Position numbers and translations under genes: made by a program. Of a stretch of 64,000 nt of DNA, positions 16,116 through 27,400 are shown piece by piece. Every line of letters begins with the position of its first letter. Position 1 is the first letter of the stretch. This DNA comes from Bacteroidota bacterium. GTDB taxonomy: Bacteria > Bacteroidota > Bacteroidia > JABDFU01. The notes under the pieces are model-generated. The model was given only the letters and a program-made list of their open reading frames with translations, had not been told where the DNA came from and made no database searches. The stretch spans positions 7,008-71,007 of the forward strand of contig JABDFG010000004.1 of NCBI GenBank assembly GCA_013286655.1. The letters are read 5' to 3'.

Positions 16116-19065
16116 AGGATCCTTGTTAAACCGCAGCTTCATCTTTTGCAGTATGGCCCTGCTTTTACTGTCCGCATGTCATTCTTCCAAGGTCAGAGAG
16201 ATAGCATATGAAACTGCAGAACATGATCCTCTTAAAGCCCGTATCTATACGCTTGACAATGGACTCAAAGTATTCATGACCGTATACAAAGGCGCTCCGA
16301 GGATTCAAACGTATATTGCCGTAAAGGCCGGTAGCAAGAACGATCCTTCAGATGCCACCGGCCTGGCACATTACCTGGAACATATGTTATTTAAAGGGAC
16401 AGATAAATATGGCTCCAGAGATTTTACGAAGGAGGAACCTGAAATAAAAAAAATCGAACAACTATTTGATGCATATCGCCGGTTAAAAGATCCTGAAAAA
16501 CGCAAAGCCATGTATCACCAGATAGATAGCATTTCGGGAGTCGCTTCTACTTATGCTATTGCCAATGAATACGACAAAATGATGTCTTCACTGGGAACGG
16601 TTGGCAGCAATGCTTATACTTCATTGGAACAAACCGTATATGTGGAAGATATTCCTTCCAACCAATTTGAAAAATGGGCCAGTATACAGGCCGAACGATT
16701 CCGGAAACCAGTCATGCGCTTATTCCACACCGAACTGGAAGCCGTTTACGAAGAAAAAAACAGGGGACTTGACAATGACAATGAAAAAGAATGGGAGGCC
16801 CTGTTTTCGGGATTATTTCAAAAACACACCTATGGAACGCAGACAACGCTTGGAACGGTTGAGCATTTAAAGAATCCTTCTATTACCAAGATCAATGATT
16901 ATTTCAATAGTTATTATGTTCCCAATAATATGGCTATTTGCTTGTCCGGAGATTTTGATCCGGATTCTGCCATTCAGGTCATCCGGCAAAAATTTTCGGG
17001 GTTGAAAAGCAAACCGGTTCCTGCTTTTGTTTCCGCAAAGGAAAATCCAATTATCCAACCCATAGTGAAGGAAGTACTTGGTCCTAATGCAGAAGAGGTG
17101 ATGCTGGGCTTTCGTTTTGACGGCGCCAATACCGAGCAGGCCCTTATGATCACATTGTTGTCCAAAGTCCTTACAAATGGGAAAGCAGGTCTGATCGATT
17201 TAAATCTTAACCAGAAACAGGAAGTGCTGGGAGCAGTTGCGCTTTCCGAGATCATGAAAGATTATTCTGTTCTGATACTCGAGGGTCAGCCCAAACAGGG
17301 CCAAACACTTGACCAGGTAAAGGATTTACTGCTTCAGCAACTTGAAAAAATAAAACAAGGAGATTTCCCGGATTGGTTGTTGGACGCCATTATCAATAAT
17401 ATGAAACTGGAGGAAATTAAAGCCTATGAAGAAAATTCCAAACGAGCAGAGGCATTTGTCAAATCCTTCACTAGTGGTGTAAAATGGGAAGACTACGCCA
17501 ACCAACCGGAAAAAATTGCACAAATCACTAAACAACAAATCGTCGATTTTGCAAAGACCAATTTCAAGACCAATTACGTTGTTGTTTATAAACGAACAGG
17601 AGAAGATAAAACCTTGCAAAAAGTTGAAAAGCCAGTTATTACTCCTGTTGCAGTGAATCGTAATGAACAATCCCTGTTTGTAAAAAGCATTCTCTCAGCC
17701 TCCTCTCCTGCCATTGAGCCCGTATTTATTAATTACAAAACGGATATTAAACGCTTTACCGTAAAAAATAATATTCCTGTTTTATATCACGAAAATACTG
17801 AAAACAAAACATTCGATCTGCTGTATGTTGTTAATATAGGTACCAATCAAGATCCGAAAATGAAAATAGCCATTGATTATCTGAACTATCTTGGCACCTC
17901 AAGGTACACTCCCCGGCAAGTGCAACAGGAATTTTACAAATTGGGTTGCTCCTACAATGTATTCAGTTCCGAAAACGAAACAAGGGTTAGCTTAAGCGGA
18001 TTAAGTAAACATTTTGATAAGGCCCTTCAATTGTTCGAAGAACTATTGAACGATGCTCAACCGGATAAGGGCGCTTTGTCCAATCTTATCTCCGATATCC
18101 AGAAAAAGCGCCAGGATGATCTGCTGGATAAAAATGTTATTCTTTTTGGCGGCATGTTTAACTATGGTATGTACGGAGCAAAATCCCCTTTTACAAATAT
18201 TTTATCGGGAGCTGGATTAAAAGCTTTAAAGCCAGAAGAATTGATACATCTTATTAACAGGCTTTGCACGTATGAGCATCATATTTTATATTATGGGGAT
18301 TTATCTCCCGAAGAACTAAGGACTTTCCTTAACAAATACCATGAAGTTCCCGATAAATTAAATCCCGTTCCGCCCGACAGTTGTTTTATTTTCAAAACTG
18401 CTTCCAATAATGTCTACGTCATAGATTACGATATGAAGCAAGCTGAAATTCTGATGTTGTCTAAAAGCGATCCCTACAATAAAGACTTGGTTCCACAGGC
18501 TTCTATTTTCAATGAATATTTTGGCGGAGGTATGGCCTCTATTGTATTTCAGGATCTTCGGGAATCAAAAGCTTTAGCATACAGTGTTTATTCGGGCTAC
18601 CAAATGGGTGCCAAAAAAAACAAAGACAATTACATCCTTTCTTATATCGGAACGCAAAGTGATAAATTAGGGGAAGCAATGGCCGGAATGTCGAATCTTC
18701 TGAACCATATGCCGGAATCAGAAACTGTATTCAAATCGGCTAAAGAATCACTGCTTCAAAAATTGCGAACAGAACGCATCAGCAAAATCAACATTTTACT
18801 TGATTACGACAAAAACATCAAATTGGGTGTTGATTACGATTTACGGAGAGATACTTATACTATGCTACCAGGCATGACCCTGAGGGATGTGAAAAAATTC
18901 CAGGAACATTACATCAAAGATAAAAATTACACAATTGTAGTTTTAGGCAAAAAAGAAGGACTTGACTTTAAATCGTTGGAAAAATATGGCAAAGTAAGTG
19001 TTCTTCAGCTAAAGGACATTTTTGGTTACGATAAAACTTACACTGCGGAAAAACTCTTAAATTAA
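16099..19065 (+). CDS. M16-family (insulinase/pitrilysin-like) zinc peptidase, probable lipoprotein
   Basis: 988 aa. Has the inverted zinc motif HYLEHMLFKGT and two M16 active/inactive domain pairs. The start is uncertain: either TTG at 16099 (17-nt overlap with dnaX) or ATG at 16153. Both keep the LLSAC lipobox. Confidence 0.85.
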   Translation: MILKSKGSLLNRSFIFCSMALLLLSACHSSKVREIAYETAEHDPLKARIYTLDNGLKVFMTVYKGAPRIQTYIAVKAGSKNDPSDATGLAHYLEHMLFKGTDKYGSRDFTKEEPEIKKIEQLFDAYRRLKDPEKRKAMYHQIDSISGVASTYAIANEYDKMMSSLGTVGSNAYTSLEQTVYVEDIPSNQFEKWASIQAERFRKPVMRLFHTELEAVYEEKNRGLDNDNEKEWEALFSGLFQKHTYGTQTTLGTVEHLKNPSITKINDYFNSYYVPNNMAICLSGDFDPDSAIQVIRQKFSGLKSKPVPAFVSAKENPIIQPIVKEVLGPNAEEVMLGFRFDGANTEQALMITLLSKVLTNGKAGLIDLNLNQKQEVLGAVALSEIMKDYSVLILEGQPKQGQTLDQVKDLLLQQLEKIKQGDFPDWLLDAIINNMKLEEIKAYEENSKRAEAFVKSFTSGVKWEDYANQPEKIAQITKQQIVDFAKTNFKTNYVVVYKRTGEDKTLQKVEKPVITPVAVNRNEQSLFVKSILSASSPAIEPVFINYKTDIKRFTVKNNIPVLYHENTENKTFDLLYVVNIGTNQDPKMKIAIDYLNYLGTSRYTPRQVQQEFYKLGCSYNVFSSENETRVSLSGLSKHFDKALQLFEELLNDAQPDKGALSNLISDIQKKRQDDLLDKNVILFGGMFNYGMYGAKSPFTNILSGAGLKALKPEELIHLINRLCTYEHHILYYGDLSPEELRTFLNKYHEVPDKLNPVPPDSCFIFKTASNNVYVIDYDMKQAEILMLSKSDPYNKDLVPQASIFNEYFGGGMASIVFQDLRESKALAYSVYSGYQMGAKKNKDNYILSYIGTQSDKLGEAMAGMSNLLNHMPESETVFKSAKESLLQKLRTERISKINILLDYDKNIKLGVDYDLRRDTYTMLPGMTLRDVKKFQEHYIKDKNYTIVVLGKKEGLDFKSLEKYGKVSVLQLKDIFGYDKTYTAEKLLN

Positions 19066-19099
19066 TTATATTTACTTATTCATTTAAACGATTGAAATT

Positions 19100-20329
19100 A
19101 TGGAGAAAATTAAAGTCAGTAACCCGGTTGTAGAACTTGATGGCGACGAAATGACCAGAGTAATCTGGAAATATATTAAAGACAAATTAATTCTCCCTTA
19201 TATTGACGTGGATATTAAATACTACGACCTTGGCATGGAACACCGTGACAAGACGGATGACAAGGTTACGGTTGAGTCGGCTGAGGCAATAAAAAAATAC
19301 AATGTAGGTATTAAATGTGCTACCATTACTCCGGATGAGGCCCGTGTTAAAGAATTCAATCTCAAACAAATGTGGAAATCCCCGAATGGAACCATTCGGA
19401 ACATTTTAGATGGTACAGTTTTCAGGGAGCCCATTGTCTGTAAAAATATTCCCCGGCTTGTACCCAACTGGACCGCTCCTATTTGTGTTGGCCGCCATGC
19501 TTTTGGAGATCAGTATAGAGCGACTGATTTTCTAACCAAAGGCAAAGGAAAACTGACGATAACCTATACACCGGAAGATGGTAGTGCCCCCCAATCTTAC
19601 GAAGTTTTTAATTACAAAGGCGATGGAGTTGCATTGGCGATGTATAATACCGATGAATCGATACGCGGCTTTGCGAATGCCTGTTTTAATACCGCTTTAT
19701 TAAAAAAATGGCCAATCTACCTTTCAACTAAAAATACGATTCTAAAAAAATACGATGGTCGGTTTAAAGATATTTTTCAGGAAATTTTTGAAAAAGATTT
19801 CAAAGTCAGGTTTGATGCGGCGGGTATTACCTACGAGCATCGTTTGATTGATGACATGGTAGCCAGTGCATTGAAATGGAACGGAAATTTTGTCTGGGCT
19901 TGTAAAAATTACGACGGGGATGTACAAAGTGACACGGTCGCCCAGGGCTTTGGTTCATTGGGCCTCATGACCTCCACCCTGATCACACCGGATGGCAAAA
20001 CAATGGAGGCAGAAGCCGCTCATGGTACAGTAACGCGGCATTTTCGCGAACATCAGCAGGGAAAACCAACCTCCACCAATCCGATTGCATCTATTTTTGC
20101 CTGGACGCAGGGTTTGGCCTTCCGGGGAAAACTGGACAATAACCAGCGGCTTGTCGATTTTTGTAAAAAGCTGGAGCAGGTATGTGTGGAAACCGTTGAG
20201 TCGGGAAAGATGACCAAAGATCTTGCCGTGTGCTTATATGGAAACAAAGTGAATCATGGAGAGCACTACCTCTATACGGACGAATTTTTATCCGCTATTG
20301 ATGCTAATTTGAATGCTAAATTAAAATAG
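19100..20329 (+). CDS. icd: NADP-dependent isocitrate dehydrogenase (eukaryote-like subfamily II)
   Basis: 409 aa. Includes [23 protein letters not shown] and NYDGDVQSD, with full-length similarity to IDH1-type enzymes. Confidence 0.95.
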   Translation: MEKIKVSNPVVELDGDEMTRVIWKYIKDKLILPYIDVDIKYYDLGMEHRDKTDDKVTVESAEAIKKYNVGIKCATITPDEARVKEFNLKQMWKSPNGTIRNILDGTVFREPIVCKNIPRLVPNWTAPICVGRHAFGDQYRATDFLTKGKGKLTITYTPEDGSAPQSYEVFNYKGDGVALAMYNTDESIRGFANACFNTALLKKWPIYLSTKNTILKKYDGRFKDIFQEIFEKDFKVRFDAAGITYEHRLIDDMVASALKWNGNFVWACKNYDGDVQSDTVAQGFGSLGLMTSTLITPDGKTMEAEAAHGTVTRHFREHQQGKPTSTNPIASIFAWTQGLAFRGKLDNNQRLVDFCKKLEQVCVETVESGKMTKDLAVCLYGNKVNHGEHYLYTDEFLSAIDANLNAKLK

Positions 20330-20353
20330 ACGAATACTTTTCAAAAGCCCGGT

Positions 20354-21601
20354 TTATTTAACATATTTCACCAGCTTTTTATCAGGAAACTTTTCGATGC
20401 ACTCTTTCACTGCTTCCTTGCTCAGGGTAAGTGTCATCATCTTAAGTTTTAAATAATCTTCGTGCATGTAAAAATACCCTGGACTATTCACGTTATTATG
20501 TCCTCCGCTTCCTGAATCTTTGATCAGGAACCAGGTACCATTAGGCTTTTCCACATAGCCCATCAGGTGCATAGCATGATCATCCGTTGTAGCTCCATTG
20601 ATAAAACGAAGTTCACGTGCGTTCTCATCGATATACTGAGATGGGATATCATAAGACGGTATCATCATGACCCCCGTATAAATATTAATGCCACTTTCCG
20701 ACACGTCACCGCCAACGGATATAGAATAACCATTCTTAACGGCACTTTTAACGATTGCCACAAAATCAGTTAAGGGAACGTTATAATAATCATCCGAATG
20801 CCACCAGTTGTCGGTAGCTTTGTATTCTGCCTGCGTCCAATAAGGTGCTTCCATTAATGACATAAAATCGACATAATCATCCGGGTTCAGCTTACAGGTA
20901 TTTGCCAGGTAAGCCTGAGGAGTTATTTTTACATCACCTGAACCAATTTCCTGAGGAGGAGTGCCCATGTAATAATTCAGGATGGATTTAATCGTAGAAA
21001 CAATTTCCTCTTCGTTCCAGGCATCCGTTTTCTTAACCGATTGCAAATAACCTTTCATCTCCTCTATCATTTTTCGATGGTCATGGAAAGGTTGTCCGAT
21101 TTTAAGACCGGTGTACTCATTTTCCGGCACAGCTCCATATTTACGCATCATATTGATCACAGCATTCGTTTCTGAGCCTTCATCAAACGCAGACTTTCCA
21201 CGTGTCCTTACAAATTCACGCGCTTTTTCCACATATTGCCAGTACACAATATAGGCTTCGGACAATTTTATCTCCTGCTTGGTTAAGCGGTAGATTTCGG
21301 ATTCATAAAAAGAAGTCGTCGAAAAGCTCCAGCAGGTGCTTGACTCCCCTTGAGAAATGGGTTTTTCAGCCCAAACAGTTTTGAATTCCGTCGCGCTCTT
21401 AGGCACATCAATGCCCGTCTGATCCATCATAAATTTTTTCGGAACATCCTTTTTTTCTTCATTAAATGAGTCCGCAGCTTTTTTCATTTGCTGATAGTAA
21501 TCATTTACAGTAGCCCGAAATGCAGCTTTGTCTTTCCTTTCCTGTGCCAGGCCCGAAAATGTAATAGCTGTTACTAAAAGAATCGTAATTTGTTTTTTCA
21601 T
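20354..21601 (-). CDS. pepC: C1B-family cysteine aminopeptidase (PepC/bleomycin-hydrolase-like), secreted
   Basis: 415 aa with a signal peptide, the catalytic QGESSTCWSFS cysteine motif and a DDHAMHLMGY histidine motif. Confidence 0.8.
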   Translation of the reverse strand: MKKQITILLVTAITFSGLAQERKDKAAFRATVNDYYQQMKKAADSFNEEKKDVPKKFMMDQTGIDVPKSATEFKTVWAEKPISQGESSTCWSFSTTSFYESEIYRLTKQEIKLSEAYIVYWQYVEKAREFVRTRGKSAFDEGSETNAVINMMRKYGAVPENEYTGLKIGQPFHDHRKMIEEMKGYLQSVKKTDAWNEEEIVSTIKSILNYYMGTPPQEIGSGDVKITPQAYLANTCKLNPDDYVDFMSLMEAPYWTQAEYKATDNWWHSDDYYNVPLTDFVAIVKSAVKNGYSISVGGDVSESGINIYTGVMMIPSYDIPSQYIDENARELRFINGATTDDHAMHLMGYVEKPNGTWFLIKDSGSGGHNNVNSPGYFYMHEDYLKLKMMTLTLSKEAVKECIEKFPDKKLVKYVK

Positions 21602-21671
21602 ACTCTTTTTTTGCGTTTATAAAAGTTCATTCTTACGGTTTATTGGGTACTCCGCATTTGGCTAATCACTT

Positions 21672-21775
21672 TTATTCACTCGTTTTATTTTTATTTAAAA
21701 GTGTTCATAAATACTTCCCAAATCCCAAATCCTTAATCCCAAATCCTTAATCCTTAATCCCAAATCCTTAACCCC
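21672..21775. repeat. hairpin-unit remnant plus a heptamer tract (CCCAAAT/CCTTAAT)x8
   Basis: The 20-mer cactcgttttatttttattt at 21677-21696 is identical to 39427-39446. The heptamer tract at 21717-21775 runs into the last codons of rlmB. Confidence 0.85.
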
Positions 21776-22538
21776 TATCCCCCATCCTCTGCCGGATCAC
21801 TTCAAACAAAACAATTCCCGTGGCAACTGAAACATTCAAAGATTCGATCGTTCCCTGCATGGGAATTTTAACAAGATCATCCGCACGTTTCAAATATTCA
21901 GAAGATATTCCATCCTCCTCTGAACCCATCAGGATTGCCAGAGGGACCTTCAGATCACAATCAAAATGATAGTGCTCAGCCTTTTCCGAACAAGCTATAA
22001 TTCTAAGACCACTCTCTTTCAGATAATCAATCGTCTGTTTCAGATTTTCTTCTCTGCACACGGCTATTTTATGCAAGGCTCCCGCTGATGTTTTAATCGC
22101 ATCCGCATTTACCTGAGCTGCACCACGGGAAGGAATGATGATCGCATCAACACCGGCACATTCTGCACTCCTGCTAATGGCTCCGAAATTCCTTACGTCT
22201 GTGATTCTGTCAAGCACCAGTAACAAGGGAACTTTCCCCTGCTCAAATAAAAAAGGAAGGATGTCTTCGATTTTCTGATAGCTCAGTTCTGACAAATACC
22301 CCACGACTCCCTGATGATTCTTCCCTGTCAAACGATTGAGTTTTTCGACAGGTACATATTGAAAGGGTATGTTCTGCTCTTTAATAAGCATCATCAATTC
22401 TCTTGACAATTCATTATTCAGACTGGTCTGTAAATAAAGTTTATCTATTTCCTTATCGGATTTAATAGCTTCAATTACGGCCCGGGTACCGAACAACAAC
22501 ATCTTATCCTCCTGTTTGTTTCTGCCGGTTGTATACAT
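21768..22538 (-). CDS. rlmB: 23S rRNA (guanosine-2'-O)-methyltransferase, SpoU/TrmH family
   Basis: 256 aa. Has the SpoU substrate-binding N-domain (LFGTRAVIEAI) and SPOUT motifs (NFGAISRSAE, ILMGSEEDGIS, ESLNVSVATGI). Confidence 0.85.
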   Translation of the reverse strand: MYTTGRNKQEDKMLLFGTRAVIEAIKSDKEIDKLYLQTSLNNELSRELMMLIKEQNIPFQYVPVEKLNRLTGKNHQGVVGYLSELSYQKIEDILPFLFEQGKVPLLLVLDRITDVRNFGAISRSAECAGVDAIIIPSRGAAQVNADAIKTSAGALHKIAVCREENLKQTIDYLKESGLRIIACSEKAEHYHFDCDLKVPLAILMGSEEDGISSEYLKRADDLVKIPMQGTIESLNVSVATGIVLFEVIRQRMGDRG

Positions 22539-22544
22539 TTTGAA

Positions 22545-23813
22545 CTAGTTTTGAAGGTAAACACGTCCCTGTCTCCAAATATCATCTACCTCACGGAACC
22601 AGCCCGACTTGTATATATTTGAACGCTGCAGGAAATAATCATTGTCGCTTAAGGGGTTAATCAGCCGGTTAAAATTAAAACTGACCGAATTCGCATTACT
22701 CTCTTCTCCATAGACCCATGTTTCAGATCCCGTCGCCTGGTATACAAGATTAGGAGGTCCGAAGATAATGTAGATCATGCCACGATCGGTCTTCCATCCT
22801 TCCAGGTAGGAACTAAAATACATATTGGCATAGCGGACACGGGTATAGTAAGTACGTATTATATCCTTTCCCCGGTCTTTATTACCCGCACAGTTGAGCC
22901 AAAACGTTTCAACCGCCAGCTTTTTATTCTTGCTGCCCGTGATCTCCTCATATTCTTCCTTGGAAGTAATATACCTTAAGGGAAATACCATTTGCTCAGC
23001 CTTGACAATATCCGGAAAACCATCATAGTACCTATAAAGCGTTAACCCTTCCCGTCGATTCGAATCAATTGAGAAATTATAAATTCCTTTTTGAGGCGCC
23101 CGAAAAGTCACCATGCCGGTATCATTTAGTTGTACTATAAACATGCTGTCGGGTTTATAACTAAAAGCTTTAGGTTCCATTACAGAGAAAGGAGGATTAG
23201 CAGCAGGATAGTTGCTTTTAAAAAACCTTCCATACAGTTTTCCTTTGGGAGCCCGTTTATAGGTTATCATCACTTGTTCATTAGCAGAAACAGTATTTTT
23301 GAACAAAGGAGTACCCGACTCCGTACTTACAAAAAAATTTTGTGGAGTTCCAACACTGCTCTTAAATACATCTATGTATTTATCAAATCCCTGTTTTCTG
23401 TTTAAGTCGTAAAATATAACCTTCAGTAAACCATTATTTCCCATTCCTGCCTTAATCGAAAATTTACCCCGGACAAATTTGGGGATATTTCCGTTATTGA
23501 TGTCTGTTACGCTTATTCTACCGCTATCTACCACCACTTTCGATTCATAAGAAGCTGTTAGCAGGTACGAAATGCTGAACCGCGAGGTAAAATCTGTTTC
23601 GTTGGATTGTCGGGAGTACAACAGCTCTTTTGAACTAACAGAAAAATAAACATCCGAAGTGGATTCCGCATTATGGTAAACGAGGAAGTCAGGGTGCACG
23701 GAGGTAGACTCAAACTTATAGGTGCTTGACATATCCTGATAATAGGCCATACGGGATACGTTACAGGAATAAACAAAAACCAAAATAAAAAGAATGGCCG
23801 GAAAGCACTTCAT
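22545..23813 (-). CDS. GWxTD domain-containing protein
   Basis: 422 aa. Contains the diagnostic GWKTDRGMIYIIFGPP motif and has an N-terminal signal or lipoprotein segment. Confidence 0.8.
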   Translation of the reverse strand: MKCFPAILFILVFVYSCNVSRMAYYQDMSSTYKFESTSVHPDFLVYHNAESTSDVYFSVSSKELLYSRQSNETDFTSRFSISYLLTASYESKVVVDSGRISVTDINNGNIPKFVRGKFSIKAGMGNNGLLKVIFYDLNRKQGFDKYIDVFKSSVGTPQNFFVSTESGTPLFKNTVSANEQVMITYKRAPKGKLYGRFFKSNYPAANPPFSVMEPKAFSYKPDSMFIVQLNDTGMVTFRAPQKGIYNFSIDSNRREGLTLYRYYDGFPDIVKAEQMVFPLRYITSKEEYEEITGSKNKKLAVETFWLNCAGNKDRGKDIIRTYYTRVRYANMYFSSYLEGWKTDRGMIYIIFGPPNLVYQATGSETWVYGEESNANSVSFNFNRLINPLSDNDYFLQRSNIYKSGWFREVDDIWRQGRVYLQN

Positions 23814-23868
23814 ATGGGTAAATTTAGTGTTTATTAGCTAAGAGTCTGTTCAAAATTTTGAACAGACT

Positions 23869-26037
23869 TTAAAAATAACTCACAATTCCAAAGTGTATTT
23901 TACCGGCCTTCAGGTAAATTGGGTTCCCACCCTGGCTACCAAGGGCGTAATCGAGTGAAAAAATTCCGGCTTTGGTCTCAAAACTAACGCCCGTACCAAA
24001 ACCATAGGGAGTATCATGAATATATTTTGCACTCACATTATCATTCTCATAATAAGCCTGGTCAAAAAACAGGTGGAGAAATGAGTTTTGCTCCAGCAAA
24101 TACCGGTATTCTATCGTACCAATTGCATACGTTGAAGCGTAAATAGATTCTTCATCAAAACCACGTAAGGTATTCAGTCCCCCAATCCGGTATAAATCAT
24201 TTAAAAACAAACTGGGACCAGAGATAAAGGCTGACTGCAATCCGAATTTCAGGACGCTTTTTCCCACAATGGGTATATATAGTGCGGCATTTACATCACC
24301 CGAATACTCCAAAGAATGTAAGCTGATATTTTGGTACACTACTGGGTTCAAATTCGGATTGACCGAAATTTCCTTTTCACCAACAGATGCATTAGCCGTC
24401 AGGCTGTATCCTTTACGGGGATTAAAACGGTAATCCAGCTTTTCGAGCTTAAGTCCCAAACCATAAGAATTGGAGGAAACGTCTGCAAAATCCGGCAACG
24501 TGGTGACAGATTCCAACCCGCTTGTAGAAAGAAGACTGGATATTTTATTGGCATAGAAAATTTTGAAATAATTCCCTCCCGAAAGCAGGTATTGAATCCC
24601 TATATTGTTATATACATCCAGGTATGTGGTATCCAGCTTATACAATTTGAAATTATAATCGATACCAAAGGGCAATGAAAATAAAAAGGGGTATGTTAGC
24701 TCAAGGTTCAGGTCCTGGGTATTTTGCGGCAGACTGTGCCAGGTAAGATCAATGAGCTCACCATGATCCAGTTTATTTTGAAGTTTCAGTTGTACGTCTC
24801 CCGTTACAACAAGCTTACCGGTAGTATTATCCGGCAAAAAACCGATTATACCATCAAACTGACTGGCCTTTTTACTTTCAAGCTCTACTATTAATTTAGT
24901 TTCCTTTTCGGTAAACACAATCCGCAAAGGTTTTTTCTCCCGCAAAAATGGCAAACTTTTCAGGCGGGAACTAATGGCCCTGATACGTGATTCATTGTAA
25001 AGACTCCCCTGTTTTATTCCAATATAACTCTGCAGATACACGGGAGTGATCGCGGAAGTACCTTTTATGATAAGACTGTCAATTTTTATCAGTTTATTTT
25101 TATCGATCTTTAAGCGGGCCGTGATTGTATTTTCCCGGACCCTTACACTATCCAATCTTACCGATGCGAAGGGATAACCATTATCTTCCTGGTATACGAT
25201 AATTTTTTCCAATAGACTTTTTACTTCCTTATAGTTCAATTTCTTGCCGAAATAAATTTTTTCACGGAAACCAACTTCCGTCAGGACAGCATCTTCCACA
25301 TTTCCTTTGGAAAGATGCGCCCATTTGTAGGGCGCACCCAGATGTAAATAGGCGGTCAATTTTAAAGAATCCGTTAACAAGCTGTCATAAGTAGCCGCCA
25401 GAAAAGCATTATCATACAGTGTCAGTAAAACATTTTGCAGTTCTTTTGTGCGCTCAGCTTTAGAAACAAGATTTGTTTTGTAGTTGATTCTTTTCAGCAA
25501 TCCATTATCATCCAGCGATTTTATTTCCAATACATATGCTTTCTGGATTCTGTTCTGCGCTTTAACTAATGTGTCTTTATTATCCAAGGGGTAAAAATTT
25601 TGTTCTTTTACCGGAATCCCCTCCTCATAGTCAATTTCGTTTTTGGGTTTGCCATCTTTATAGAATATTTTCATAATAGCATGGTCTTCATCAATAGGAA
25701 TAAATTCCCGTTCCATCTGCCCGTTATCGTAGTAATTCTTATACTGTTTCAATTGCCCTGCGGCATAAAAGCCACGGTGGAGCAGCTGTCCATTGGAATA
25801 CTTGTCTTCCACCCATCCATGACAGGCATATCCGTCGGAAGTATTACGAACCGAATCTCCACCGATTTGAAAATTCAACTTATCATACTTCATAATCCCA
25901 CAATCGGGGTCCAGAACATCTTCTTCCCGGTAAACTGCAGACGGATCGTTCTTGTCAATACCTGATTGCTGGGCATGCAGACGGAAACTACAGCCCATTA
26001 TTAGAAGTATAATACGGAAGAGCTGACTATTTTTCAA
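23869..26037 (-). CDS. BamA/Omp85-family outer-membrane protein with N-terminal MORN/YwqK-like repeats
   Basis: 722 aa. Signal peptide, then GWVEDKYSNGQL..YYDNGQ repeats, a POTRA-like middle region, and a C-terminal beta-barrel ending in an aromatic residue (GIVSYF). Confidence 0.7.
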   Translation of the reverse strand: MKNSQLFRIILLIMGCSFRLHAQQSGIDKNDPSAVYREEDVLDPDCGIMKYDKLNFQIGGDSVRNTSDGYACHGWVEDKYSNGQLLHRGFYAAGQLKQYKNYYDNGQMEREFIPIDEDHAIMKIFYKDGKPKNEIDYEEGIPVKEQNFYPLDNKDTLVKAQNRIQKAYVLEIKSLDDNGLLKRINYKTNLVSKAERTKELQNVLLTLYDNAFLAATYDSLLTDSLKLTAYLHLGAPYKWAHLSKGNVEDAVLTEVGFREKIYFGKKLNYKEVKSLLEKIIVYQEDNGYPFASVRLDSVRVRENTITARLKIDKNKLIKIDSLIIKGTSAITPVYLQSYIGIKQGSLYNESRIRAISSRLKSLPFLREKKPLRIVFTEKETKLIVELESKKASQFDGIIGFLPDNTTGKLVVTGDVQLKLQNKLDHGELIDLTWHSLPQNTQDLNLELTYPFLFSLPFGIDYNFKLYKLDTTYLDVYNNIGIQYLLSGGNYFKIFYANKISSLLSTSGLESVTTLPDFADVSSNSYGLGLKLEKLDYRFNPRKGYSLTANASVGEKEISVNPNLNPVVYQNISLHSLEYSGDVNAALYIPIVGKSVLKFGLQSAFISGPSLFLNDLYRIGGLNTLRGFDEESIYASTYAIGTIEYRYLLEQNSFLHLFFDQAYYENDNVSAKYIHDTPYGFGTGVSFETKAGIFSLDYALGSQGGNPIYLKAGKIHFGIVSYF

Positions 26038-26182
26038 TTTAAATACCTTACTAACGCGAATCAGACTTCTCTATTGCGTTTTATTTGATTTATATTCAAG
26101 TAGTTATATTTTTCAATTACGCTAAACAGACAACCTTTCTCAAATCTTGCGTCTTTCTTGTAAGTCATTAAACATACATTCC

Positions 26183-26380
26183 ATGAAATCAGCTCTTGAT
26201 CTAATCTCAGACGGACTTAAACAAGGCCATATCTTCTTATATTCATTAGGAGATATAGCTAATATCCGGCTCGAAAAAAACAAACGTAAAATATTAAAAA
26301 AGGCGATTGGAAAAAAGGATTATTATGAAATAAAAAGCATTCTTTTGAATTGTAACAAATTTAAAGTTCGATCCGTTTAA
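26183..26380 (+). CDS. hypothetical small protein (65 aa)
   Basis: The only ORF in an otherwise empty 340-nt gap. It has no recognisable family and its 3' end overlaps the metF stop by 4 nt. Confidence 0.25.
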   Translation: MKSALDLISDGLKQGHIFLYSLGDIANIRLEKNKRKILKKAIGKKDYYEIKSILLNCNKFKVRSV

Positions 26381-27330
26381 AACACTTTGCTGGCTACCCT
26401 TCGGATTGCTTCACTTTGGCCCATGGTATAAAAATGGAGACAGGGAACTCCGAATTTGATCAGTTCTTTGGATTGACGGGTACACCATTCGATGCCCACT
26501 TCCCTGACTTCGGAATCTGTCTGACACTTTTCAATTTCTTCAAGAAAATCCTGCGGTATATCTATATTAAAAAGTTTAGGAAGAATACTGGACTGTTTTT
26601 TCGTAGTCAAAATTTTCAGACCTGGAAGAATTGGGACATGAATATCCATCTCCCGGCAGGCGTTAACAAATTCTATGAATTTTTTATTGTCAAAAAACAT
26701 TTGGGTCACAATGTATTCAGCACCCGCATCTACCTTGCGTTTCAGATTTTTCAGATCGGCGGTCAGGTTAGGTGCCTCAAAATGCTTTTCAGGATAGCCC
26801 GCAACGCCTATGCTGAAACCGGTAGGAGCAACGTCTACCAGGTCTTCTTCCAGGTAATGTCCTTTGTTCATGGTAACAATTTGTTTAACCAGGTCGTATG
26901 CATAATGATGTCCTCCCGGCTCGGGCATAAAAGCACCCTCGGATTTAATAGCATCTCCCCGCAAAGCCAATACATTGTCTATTCCTAAAAAATGGAGATC
27001 TATCAATGCATTCTCCGTTTCTTCCCGGGTAAAGCCCCCGCAAATAATGTGCGGAACCACATCAATTTTATATTTATTGATGATAGCTGCACAGATACCG
27101 ACGGTACCAGGACGTTTGCGGATGCTCACTTTTTCAAGAAACCCTCCCTCCCGCTTTTTGTAAAAATATTCTTCCCGATGGTAGGTCACATCAATAAAGG
27201 AAGGATTAAACTCCAACAAAGGATCTATGCCATCAAAAATAGATTGGATGCTTTTTCCCTTTAAAGGCGGTAAAATTTCTATCGAAAATAAAGCAGATTT
27301 TGCATTCTTTATATGATCAATAACCTTCAT
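26377..27330 (-). CDS. metF: methylenetetrahydrofolate reductase [NAD(P)H]
   Basis: 317 aa. Full-length MTHFR TIM-barrel similarity ([12 protein letters not shown]-type ICGG segment, [14 protein letters not shown]). Confidence 0.9.
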   Translation of the reverse strand: MKVIDHIKNAKSALFSIEILPPLKGKSIQSIFDGIDPLLEFNPSFIDVTYHREEYFYKKREGGFLEKVSIRKRPGTVGICAAIINKYKIDVVPHIICGGFTREETENALIDLHFLGIDNVLALRGDAIKSEGAFMPEPGGHHYAYDLVKQIVTMNKGHYLEEDLVDVAPTGFSIGVAGYPEKHFEAPNLTADLKNLKRKVDAGAEYIVTQMFFDNKKFIEFVNACREMDIHVPILPGLKILTTKKQSSILPKLFNIDIPQDFLEEIEKCQTDSEVREVGIEWCTRQSKELIKFGVPCLHFYTMGQSEAIRRVASKVF

Positions 27331-27384
27331 TTATCTATTAATTACGAATATGGGCGCTAATATACAAATAATGGCAATTCTTTG

Positions 27385-27392
27385 TAGATTTG
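27385..27392 (+). promoter_or_regulatory. -7 box TAGATTTG upstream of lepA
   Basis: Exact match, with 8 nt between the box and the ATG at 27401. Confidence 0.45.
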
Positions 27393-27400
27393 CAGCCCCT